From the IMG/VR virus record IMGVR_UViG_3300046170_000289: a stretch of DNA of 64,000 nucleotides; one strand, given 5' to 3'. This DNA is from a virus. The position numbers were made by a program, and so were the translations under genes. Positions 56,398 to 64,000 of the stretch are shown one piece after another. Under the pieces are notes generated by a model that made no database searches, was not told the origin of the DNA, and saw only the letters and a list, made by a program, of their open reading frames with translations. Within the stretch, counting starts at the first letter, position 1. Every line of letters begins with the position of its first letter.

Positions 56398-56634
56398 TCA
56401 ATCTTCGTCATCCATCATATCATCTTCATCTGCAATCCGCAAGTAGAGAAGCTCAGACGGGTCTACCATGCCATCCTCACCCTGCATTTCAGGGTGCATA
56501 ACAACAGCAGCATACTCTGCTCTATCTATCCACAGATCAAACACATGCTTCAGATTCCAGGATACGATAAACCCTAGGAGGAATGCTCCGAGGGTCAGAA
56601 AGAAGGCAATGTACAGAAATGAAAGATCAGCCAT
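56398..56634 (-). CDS. membrane-anchored hypothetical protein
   Basis: N-terminal TM; SD AAGGAGG and CTAAATA upstream. Confidence 0.75.
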   Translation of the reverse strand: MADLSFLYIAFFLTLGAFLLGFIVSWNLKHVFDLWIDRAEYAAVVMHPEMQGEDGMVDPSELLYLRIADEDDMMDDED

Positions 56635-56661
56635 GATGCCTCCTTTAGGGGGTAGTTAAAA

Positions 56662-57015
56662 TTATTTAGCAACCTTTTTGCGCCTGCCAGGCTTCCTTTC
56701 AGCGTGATACTTCCAGGTGTCTTCAAGGATGCCGTAGAGATAGTCACGAATCTTTCGTGCCTTTGGTTTAGGGATGTGACCATACGCTTCTTTGAGTGTC
56801 TTGTCACCTCCCTTGATGTAACCATTCAATTCCTCAACTGTGTTGCTCAGTTGTGCAGCAGTGGACGACTCAATGAATTCATTTGTCTCACGTCGTGTCC
56901 ACTTACCTGCCTTGAGGTAGTTATACATCTTAAATAGGAATCGCTGGTTGAGCATTGCCTCGTCGAGTGCTCGCTCAACTAATTGATAAACTTCAGTTGT
57001 GTCTTTTGACTTCAC
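56662..57015 (-). CDS. hypothetical protein
   Basis: 117-aa ORF. Confidence 0.75.
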   Translation of the reverse strand: MKSKDTTEVYQLVERALDEAMLNQRFLFKMYNYLKAGKWTRRETNEFIESSTAAQLSNTVEELNGYIKGGDKTLKEAYGHIPKPKARKIRDYLYGILEDTWKYHAERKPGRRKKVAK

Positions 57016-57260
57016 AGTAGGTTGTTTTCTCTCAGGTACTTGACAGTTTCAGTGCAACCACCCATCTGTCTCCCATTGATCAGGACTTGAGGGAAGGTAG
57101 CACCAGGACCAAACTCTTTGTAGAATTGCTCCCTAGTAAAGTTAACATTCAAAGTGAATTCTGCAAAGGGGTAACCTTTCATTCGATACACTTCTTTAAT
57201 CTTAGTGCAGAAAGGGCATCCAGGTCGTGTGTAAATTGCTGTGTTTCCAGGTTTTGCCAT
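57012..57260 (-). CDS. glutaredoxin (NrdH/NrdC-like)
   Basis: CPFC active site, TFPQV, GGCTE. Confidence 0.9.
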   Translation of the reverse strand: MAKPGNTAIYTRPGCPFCTKIKEVYRMKGYPFAEFTLNVNFTREQFYKEFGPGATFPQVLINGRQMGGCTETVKYLRENNLL

Positions 57261-57280
57261 CGTGATATATGATAGAGAAT

Positions 57281-57303
57281 AAAAAGGGGTCCCGAAGGAC
57301 CCC
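57281..57303 (-). terminator. intrinsic terminator with UUCG tetraloop
   Basis: GGGGTCC-TTCG-GGACCCC-TTTTT. Confidence 0.88.
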
Positions 57304-57335
57304 AACAGAGCATCAGATTCCGTCTAGATTATATA

Positions 57336-57713
57336 TCAGAAGGAATACTTGACACCCAGTTTACCACCGTAGCCACGGTCGATGCTGTCATCGCCGCTGC
57401 CCACGAAGGAGACTTCACCATACGCACCCAGAGCATCGCTCAGGGCAACACCAACACCTGCCTTACCAGAAGGAACGGTGTCATTCTCAGCGCCATCAGG
57501 AGAAACCAGCGTAGCACCGCCTTGGACATAGTATGAAGCGGATTCGCCAAGTGCGCCTTCGTAGCCCACATGGAAATCTGTATTTGCCCCATTGTAATCA
57601 GCGCCAGTCCAACCAGCATTGGTTTCTACGTTAACGTAGGGACCTGCGAGGGCAGCAGACGGAGCCACAATTGCGGCAGTGGCGGCGAGAGTTGCGATAG
57701 CAGTTTTGATCAT
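57336..57713 (-). CDS. small outer-membrane beta-barrel-like protein
   Basis: Signal peptide, alternating beta-strands, terminal ...GVKYSF. Confidence 0.7.
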   Translation of the reverse strand: MIKTAIATLAATAAIVAPSAALAGPYVNVETNAGWTGADYNGANTDFHVGYEGALGESASYYVQGGATLVSPDGAENDTVPSGKAGVGVALSDALGAYGEVSFVGSGDDSIDRGYGGKLGVKYSF

Positions 57714-57791
57714 TTGGTATTTACCTCTTAGTGTTTTCTTGTGGAGTGTTTACCCACAGATGATAGGGGATTCGACTCTCCCCGTGTTTGA

Positions 57792-57809
57792 GTTGTAACA
57801 ATTCGTAAC
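57792..57809 (-). promoter_or_regulatory. HLR1-like (RpaB) direct repeat GTTACGAA-TT-GTTACAAC
   Basis: Near match to (G/T)TTACA(T/A)(T/A)-N2-(G/T)TTACA(T/A)(T/A), just downstream of the promoter. Confidence 0.45.
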
Positions 57810-57829
57810 CAAGGTGGGTCACGAATGGT

Positions 57830-57860
57830 TATTTATAACAGAAAAATCTTAAAGTGTCAA
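57830..57860 (-). promoter_or_regulatory. dual promoter: TTGACA-N17-TATAAA overlapping T4 late TATAAATA
   Basis: -35 57855-57860, -10 57832-57837; AACTGGCAC half-dyad 6 bp upstream. Confidence 0.75.
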
Positions 57861-58075
57861 GACCTTGTGCCAGTTGGACAACGCTTGACCTTCTCGATCA
57901 ACTGCTCCTTGAGATTATAGTAGAGGGCATGGGTTTCTGTCAAGACATAATACCCAGTCAAGTCCTTACCATTATCTGTCCAACCGTAGGACACCACACG
58001 CTCATGCACCTCAGCACAATCCAGCAACCTGTTTGTGTTTAGGTAATGGTTATACTTCTGGTGCAGATTGATCAT
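57857..58075 (-). CDS. hypothetical protein
   Basis: Start MINLHQKY. Confidence 0.6.
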   Translation of the reverse strand: MINLHQKYNHYLNTNRLLDCAEVHERVVSYGWTDNGKDLTGYYVLTETHALYYNLKEQLIEKVKRCPTGTRS

Positions 58076-58454
58076 GGGTCTCTTCTCCCTTGGACTTAGA
58101 TAGTATATCACGAATCTCTGACATTTGTCCAGTCGTTAGATTCTCTTCAGGATCTGGACCGTCATCTTTGGTATCTTCTACAGGAGAAAGATGCTTCTGG
58201 ACTGCTGCTAGGTCTTCGACCATACCTACAGGGACAAACCCACCACCAAACGCTTGAGTCTTGCCAGGTTTGTGATCCATACCCTGCACCTCTGCAAGGT
58301 TAGACCTCCAATACTTCTGCATCTTCTTCATCATCTTCCGACGACCCTTAGGATCGTCTTTGTATTTCTCGATGACTTTCCTGAGTGCCTTCAACTCACG
58401 GGAGGTTTTCTCCATGGACCTTTCGGCACGTCCAGTATTACCAAATCCTGTCAT
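58050..58454 (-). CDS. hypothetical protein
   Basis: 134-aa ORF. Confidence 0.7.
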   Translation of the reverse strand: MTGFGNTGRAERSMEKTSRELKALRKVIEKYKDDPKGRRKMMKKMQKYWRSNLAEVQGMDHKPGKTQAFGGGFVPVGMVEDLAAVQKHLSPVEDTKDDGPDPEENLTTGQMSEIRDILSKSKGEETHDQSAPEV

Positions 58455-58456
58455 AA

Positions 58457-61400
58457 TTAGCTCGTTTGGGTGATGATTAGTTTGAATTTAACTCGGTGTT
58501 TGTCTCTATCAGAGCTAGTATACCACACAGGTGAGTCTTTGTTGTGTGATTCTTGATAGAATGCTTCCTTCGCTGTCCTCTTTTGACCATCCTTCTCATA
58601 GAAGGCAGCAAGTTTACGAGGTAGTCTGAAGTTACCCTTCATATCTGGGTAGTAGGGGGACGTTGCAGTGTCCTCCATAGCATTGTAAGCAGCGTCTTCT
58701 GATTGTCCACCGCCACCATCAGTAGTTAGGTCTGCAATCTCCATTGTAGCATTGGTGTCAAATCCATTGCCAGCATCGTCATCCCATTGAATCTTCTGAC
58801 CACCATCTCTGATCCTGTGACCAGCAGTCTCACTCTGTCCAGTAATAGTCCAGAGATATTCGTTGCCACCTTCGACATTGAAGGATCTAGTCTGGTTACC
58901 AGTGGTGCTAGTGCCTTGATCAAATGTTTGACCAGCAATATCTAATTGCTTAACTGCCTGACCAGAGACATACACCTTGTCATCCCAATCAAAGTCCAGG
59001 GTGATGGTGCCAGTGCCACTACCTTCGACAGCGATACCTGTGCCATCTGGTTTGAAGTATGCCGTCAAGGTGCCACTGGATCCAACGTTGTATCTCTTAG
59101 GTGGCCATTGGAGATCATACTCCTGCCCCTCAGAGTATCCTATACCCGCCTGCAGCACCTCTAGGAGGGTGATGGCACACAACCACCTCTCAGGGTTGTC
59201 AGCACCGCCTTGTGCCTTGCCCAGCTCGTTAGGGATTCCCTTGGTGGAGTAGAAGGTGAATGCGATTCTAACCTTTGCATACAATGCAGATGCTACGCTC
59301 ACATTCTCAACAGCATCATTCTCAAACTCATTACCATCTAGGTAGTAGTCTTGAATGAAAGTATTTGCATTAAAGAAAGTAGTATCCTGTGGAGACTGTG
59401 TTGATCCAGGGAATTGTGTTGCTGCTGCTGATCTAACGTTAGCAACTTCATACCATGGTTTCTCTTTCCTAGCAAAGCAGACAGGAGAATTCTTTAGGAA
59501 TTCACCACGCTGAGAGAAGTTACCAGCAACCTTATCGAAACGTGTGATGAGATGTCTTCTTACAAGGTCACCGTAGTCACCACCCAACACCTGAATACGA
59601 TACCCTTGCCTTCCTCCTCTCTCATAGTTACCTTCTGCTTCCTCAGGATAACCTGTGTCAATATATCCATTAGAGATGTTAGGCATCAGAGGGTTGTGGA
59701 GATCCCTATCAACACCACCTAGAATTTCAGGGTTGCTCTGCAGCAGACCATGCATGGATGTCCTTGCAGAGTTTTCAAACACCGTAGTAGATGCCTGCTT
59801 AGGACCAGAGGATTTCTTGTTATCTCTAGCAGTATTGTGCCAAGAGTCACCACTGTAACTACCTGCTCGCACCTTACCATCTGCCTTAGCATTAACCTGA
59901 CTACCGTATGATGGATAGAATTGCATATCAAATCCAGTGATAGCACCAGCAGCAGTAATAGAAAGCAACTGTGTGTTTGCCATCATCATTGGACTGAGTG
60001 GTGTGTCACCTGATGATGTAGTCAACTGCAGACCCCACTGCATCTCAAACTTACCTGTATCTACATTCCATAGAGCACAGTAAGGTGTGATCGTACCTGT
60101 AGGGGGACCAGTGATAATTGATATCAGTTTGAAGTTGAGTTTATCTCCAGGTGCAAGGGAAATGGTGCCATCATATAGGTCTTGCCCAATGCTCGGCCAT
60201 GACCCTGCATCATACCTGTCGTTAAATATCTGCGACCCATTCTTTTTCATTCTCATTTTGAATCTGATGCAGTCACCTGTGCTACCACCAGTGATTCCAC
60301 CAAAGGACTTCAACTTAAAGTTACCACCTGTGATCGAAGTAATAGTTTGGTCACGACCTTGTGAGATTGTATAGTCTCCCTCACACTTACCACACTCATG
60401 GTTTTCATCCCACTCACCGAATGTGATTGGTGAATCGTTACCACACTCCTGACGTTGGAGGATAACATCCTTAAAGTTTTTCTTGAATGACTGAGGATCA
60501 CATGGGTTAGACAGATCAATCTTCAGCATGACAGGCTCAGGTCTGTCCTGTGCATACACATAGCACTGAATACCCTCGTATCTGTATCCAGGGTAGGTAG
60601 TAAACTCTACGGTATGCCAGAGGATCAGGTCATCATAGTCATCATCACCATCAATAAGGTCTTCCCACATCTGTTTGTTAGGACCCTTCCACTTGGTGTA
60701 GTCCTTCTCATCCTCAGGATTCCACTTCTTATCTGAGAAGAGAGCGTAGTTATTTTCTTTGGTTTGAATACCACTGCCCCTAAAACCCTGGCCATGTCCA
60801 CCACTAGAGTGAGAATTAAAGTTGAATGTCTGGTTAATACTCAGGTTGTTTTGACCAGCACCATCTGACAGCAGGAAGAATCCCATGGTGCCACCTTTGT
60901 ATTGCTCCAACTCAGACTGACTGATTGTAATAGTGCTGGTCTCGTTACCACCACCCTCTTCAGCATTCTTAGCACTAGGCACAACGATCTTGCCCCACTG
61001 AGGACCATCTTTATCTGCTAGGTAGTAACCAAAAGCATTGTCATATCCTGCCTTACCCTTCTCAACATCCATACGGACTTCAAGAGCGTTGGTTACATTC
61101 TGAGGGATACGATATGCAAACCTACTATCAGAGACTCTCTGTGGAGTGGTGTTATTCTGCGGGTCAATTGTATACCTATGGTCCTTTGTAGAGGGGTTAT
61201 AGAAGCGATGGAGTGCCCACAACTTCTCCTTGTTAGCAAGGTATGAGATGCCATCAGGTCTTTTCTGGAAGACATATCCTAGGACACTGTGGAAGACCAT
61301 GCCAGCAGCATTCATGGACTCTCTTTCACCAGGACCCTGAGTATCAGGAGCACCAGGGTTTGTAGTTAGGAAGTGATCGCTTTGATTACCCTTATACTTA

Positions 61401-62803
61401 AACAGAGGCACGACCTTCTCTCTTGACTCAGGTCCAAGCACATTGATAGTAATGTACATGACTCTCTGACCATCCTTACCATTCTGCTGAGGCATGAATG
61501 AGAATGGAATCTCTACACCAGACTCAGGCAGTTTGCCAGTCCAAGATGTGACTCTCCATTCACTGTCAATATCATCTGCCTTACCATCACCACCGACATC
61601 ATATACAGGTCGGACTTCAAAGTTAATCTCAGCACCACCATATCTGACAGTGTGCTGTGCAATATCTCCTCGTCTTCCGTTGCCACTACTTAGACCAAGG
61701 TTTTTCTTAGGCCAGAAGTCAGCACCACCCTCATTATAAACCCAGTTACCGTTACTCTGACCTGTTTTGTCAGTGGTTTTGATCGGTGGATTCTTTTCAG
61801 AGTTAGTGAAACCTGAGTTAGTAGTAGTAATTATCTCAACGTTGACACCACTGCCACCTGCTGCACCAGGAATCTTATCCTTTAACACCCACCATGCAGG
61901 ATCACTGTCAGTCAGAGAGTATCCACTAGGACCAGACGATTCATTGTGATAGTTATACTCATCACCATCTACTGACTCATAGACAGGAAGTCTTTCGGGG
62001 AAGCAATTCTTGATACAAACTTCAGTCTTGTTAGCAGACCATCCACGCGGGTGCATTCCTTCACAGTCTGCCTTGGCAGGTGTCCAACCACCACCTAAGT
62101 ATGGTTTGAATGTACATTCAAGAGTCTTTCTAACACACTTCTCCCACTCTATATTTGGTGTAGGTCTATCAGGACAGTAAAGGATCTCTTCAGGATCACT
62201 GCCGATGACTTTCCAGTATCCACCACCAATATCTTCTACCTTACTACGGACCTTTAACCTAGAAACACGAGCACAATCATCCCCACCAGTTGAGATCCAG
62301 GGACCATCAGGGATCTTAGGATCTGGAATCTTGATGACGATATCATCGCCACATTCCATACCAGGAATTTCTATACCTAACTGGTCCGTTACGAAACAAA
62401 TAACAGGATCAACAGGGATGATCGTAGGTAGATCAGGGATATCTGCATCAGGTGGGGGTGGCAGCAGTGGTGGGAGCTCAGGATAGCATCGCCCAACCAG
62501 TCCCTGAATAACCTGATTAGGTGTGGGTACATCTGGAGCATCAGGTACAACAGGACGCTCAGGAATATTGATTGAATCCAGCGGGTTGGGAGCCAGTACT
62601 GGTGGAGTAGGACCATAGCATCTACCAACCAGGCTCTGGATTACTTCAGCAGGAGTCAGGGATTGGATAGGACCAGACGATGATGCTGATGCGGGGGTGA
62701 ATTCACTCGCAGGATTCTGACCGTCAAGAGCGTTGGGCTCTAGACCGATAGGACCAGTCACGTTATAGCAACGTGCAACTAAATTACGAATATGCTCGGA
62801 CAT
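58457..62803 (-). CDS. large virion-associated protein with Pro-rich N-terminus and DUF4114-like segment
   Basis: 1448 aa; AGYDNAFGYY...GFFL..DG...WEDL..GDDDYDDL; HFLTT/HRYT repeats; late promoter upstream. Confidence 0.7.
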   Translation of the reverse strand: MSEHIRNLVARCYNVTGPIGLEPNALDGQNPASEFTPASASSSGPIQSLTPAEVIQSLVGRCYGPTPPVLAPNPLDSINIPERPVVPDAPDVPTPNQVIQGLVGRCYPELPPLLPPPPDADIPDLPTIIPVDPVICFVTDQLGIEIPGMECGDDIVIKIPDPKIPDGPWISTGGDDCARVSRLKVRSKVEDIGGGYWKVIGSDPEEILYCPDRPTPNIEWEKCVRKTLECTFKPYLGGGWTPAKADCEGMHPRGWSANKTEVCIKNCFPERLPVYESVDGDEYNYHNESSGPSGYSLTDSDPAWWVLKDKIPGAAGGSGVNVEIITTTNSGFTNSEKNPPIKTTDKTGQSNGNWVYNEGGADFWPKKNLGLSSGNGRRGDIAQHTVRYGGAEINFEVRPVYDVGGDGKADDIDSEWRVTSWTGKLPESGVEIPFSFMPQQNGKDGQRVMYITINVLGPESREKVVPLFKYKGNQSDHFLTTNPGAPDTQGPGERESMNAAGMVFHSVLGYVFQKRPDGISYLANKEKLWALHRFYNPSTKDHRYTIDPQNNTTPQRVSDSRFAYRIPQNVTNALEVRMDVEKGKAGYDNAFGYYLADKDGPQWGKIVVPSAKNAEEGGGNETSTITISQSELEQYKGGTMGFFLLSDGAGQNNLSINQTFNFNSHSSGGHGQGFRGSGIQTKENNYALFSDKKWNPEDEKDYTKWKGPNKQMWEDLIDGDDDYDDLILWHTVEFTTYPGYRYEGIQCYVYAQDRPEPVMLKIDLSNPCDPQSFKKNFKDVILQRQECGNDSPITFGEWDENHECGKCEGDYTISQGRDQTITSITGGNFKLKSFGGITGGSTGDCIRFKMRMKKNGSQIFNDRYDAGSWPSIGQDLYDGTISLAPGDKLNFKLISIITGPPTGTITPYCALWNVDTGKFEMQWGLQLTTSSGDTPLSPMMMANTQLLSITAAGAITGFDMQFYPSYGSQVNAKADGKVRAGSYSGDSWHNTARDNKKSSGPKQASTTVFENSARTSMHGLLQSNPEILGGVDRDLHNPLMPNISNGYIDTGYPEEAEGNYERGGRQGYRIQVLGGDYGDLVRRHLITRFDKVAGNFSQRGEFLKNSPVCFARKEKPWYEVANVRSAAATQFPGSTQSPQDTTFFNANTFIQDYYLDGNEFENDAVENVSVASALYAKVRIAFTFYSTKGIPNELGKAQGGADNPERWLCAITLLEVLQAGIGYSEGQEYDLQWPPKRYNVGSSGTLTAYFKPDGTGIAVEGSGTGTITLDFDWDDKVYVSGQAVKQLDIAGQTFDQGTSTTGNQTRSFNVEGGNEYLWTITGQSETAGHRIRDGGQKIQWDDDAGNGFDTNATMEIADLTTDGGGGQSEDAAYNAMEDTATSPYYPDMKGNFRLPRKLAAFYEKDGQKRTAKEAFYQESHNKDSPVWYTSSDRDKHRVKFKLIITQTS

Positions 62804-62804
62804 T

Positions 62805-62832
62805 AAAAAAGAGGAGCAAGTGCTGCTCCTCT
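62805..62832 (-). terminator. intrinsic terminator directly before the 1448-aa gene start
   Basis: AGAGGAGCA-GCACT-TGCTCCTCT-TTTTT. Confidence 0.75.
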
Positions 62833-62888
62833 ATTTAGTGCGATGTGTCTGATGGATTTTGCCATCCACATCAGCGGCGACGATACTT

Positions 62889-62896
62889 TATTTATA
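62889..62896 (-). promoter_or_regulatory. T4-type late promoter TATAAATA overlapping the psbD stop
   Basis: Exact consensus; a second CTAAATA at 62832-62838. Confidence 0.65.
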
Positions 62897-63947
62897 GAGC
62901 ATTACCTCTAGGCAAAACTTCCTCAGGGAATACAAAGTTTTCATGTGGTTGATCAACTGGTGCCAACCATGCACGAAGTCCTTCATTCAATAGGATGTTT
63001 TTAGTGTAGAAGGTTTCAAATTCAGGATCCTCCGCCGCACGAATCTCCTGAGATACAAAGTCGTAAGCACGAAGATTAAGAGCGAGTCCAATAATACCGA
63101 TAGAAGAAGTCCAGAGACCCATGACGGGCACGAAGAGCATAAAGAAATGCAACCAACGCTTATTAGAAAAAGCAACACCGAAGATCTGTGACCAGAAACG
63201 GTTCGCAGTAACCATCGAGTAAGTCTCCTCCTCTTGCGTAGGTTCGAAAGCCTTGAAAGTATTTGCTTGCTCACCATCTTCAAACAGCGTGTTTTCTACA
63301 GTAGCACCATGGATTGCACATAACAATGCTCCACCCAGGATACCTGCCACGCCCATCATGTGGAAGGGATTCAAGGTCCAGTTGTGGAATCCTTGAAGGA
63401 AGAGGAGGAATCGGAAGATCGCTGCCACTCCAAAAGATGGAGCGAAAAACCAACTCGATTGACCCAGAGGGTAGATGAGGAAGACGCTAACAAAGACAGC
63501 AATAGGACCAGAAAAAGCAATCGCATTGTAAGGACGGATACCAACTAGACGAGCGATCTCAAACTGTCGAAGCATGAAACCAATGAGAGCGAAGGCACCG
63601 TGGAGAGCCACGAAAGCCCAGAGTCCCCCAAGTTGGATCCACCTGACGAAATCCCCCTGAGACTCAGGACCCCAAAGTAGAAGAAGAGAATGACCCATAG
63701 CATCAGCAGGCGTTGAGACAGCTGACGTAAGAAAATTAGCACCTTCAAGATAGGAAGTAGCAAGTCCGTGGGTGTACCAACTCGTGACAAAAGTCGTGCC
63801 AGTAAGCCAACCGCCAATGGCAAGATAAGCAGTGGGAAGAAGTAGTAGTCCAGACCAACCCACAAAGACAAAGCGATCCCGTTTAAGCCAGTCATCGAGG
63901 ACATCGAACCACCCCCTCGTCGGTTGTTGTAGTGTGCTTGTAGTCAT
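62892..63947 (-). CDS. psbD: photosystem II D2 protein
   Basis: [21 protein letters not shown]...[10 protein letters not shown]...EVLPRGNAL; uninterrupted 351 aa. Confidence 0.99.
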   Translation of the reverse strand: MTTSTLQQPTRGWFDVLDDWLKRDRFVFVGWSGLLLLPTAYLAIGGWLTGTTFVTSWYTHGLATSYLEGANFLTSAVSTPADAMGHSLLLLWGPESQGDFVRWIQLGGLWAFVALHGAFALIGFMLRQFEIARLVGIRPYNAIAFSGPIAVFVSVFLIYPLGQSSWFFAPSFGVAAIFRFLLFLQGFHNWTLNPFHMMGVAGILGGALLCAIHGATVENTLFEDGEQANTFKAFEPTQEEETYSMVTANRFWSQIFGVAFSNKRWLHFFMLFVPVMGLWTSSIGIIGLALNLRAYDFVSQEIRAAEDPEFETFYTKNILLNEGLRAWLAPVDQPHENFVFPEEVLPRGNAL

Positions 63948-64000
63948 GTTTTTTCATTCCTTTTAGGTAGTACAGTTGAGGCCAAGTATCACGAATTATT

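Noticed and set aside
57755-57785. GGGGA-TTCGACTC-TCCCC hairpin resembling a tRNA T-arm or tmRNA end
   Set aside because: No acceptor, D or anticodon arms can be built; it is treated as part of the beta-barrel gene leader
62892-63947. Possible intron or homing endonuclease in psbD
   Set aside because: The ORF is a continuous full-length 351-aa D2 with no insertion

Overview
A 64-kb segment of a marine T4-like cyanomyovirus (Kyanoviridae-like; carries psbD, cpeT, cp12, phoH, thyX). Almost all genes are on the minus strand; only gp48 and gp53 are on plus. In window order: (1-10 kb) small early-type ORFs behind sigma70-like promoters that share an upstream dyad, plus an SF2 helicase with a putative nuclease, a putative nuclease with a beta-class DNA methyltransferase, and a cluster of DnaA-box-like 9-mers; (10-18.5 kb) six 2OG-Fe(II)/JmjC oxygenases and two flavin-dependent halogenases; (18.5-30.6 kb) tail-fibre/virion genes, including three tandem 269-aa Gly/His-rich paralogs; (33-49 kb) baseplate/tail module (gp5, hub, two tape-measure-like proteins, gp26/gp51, gp54-like, gp2, gp4, gp48, gp53) with cpeT and cp12 inserted; (49-58 kb) gp32, gp33, exonuclease, phoH, thyX, glutaredoxins and a small beta-barrel protein; (58-64 kb) a 1448-aa virion-like protein and psbD. 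The strongest leads are a probable -1 frameshift (T TTT TTC) fusing gp26 to gp51 just upstream of the tape-measure-like genes, the oxygenase/halogenase island next to the His-rich fibre triplet, a possible phage restriction-modification pair, and a candidate origin or DnaA-binding locus. No tRNA, CRISPR array, intron or integrase was seen. All family assignments come from motif recognition by eye, not from database searches.
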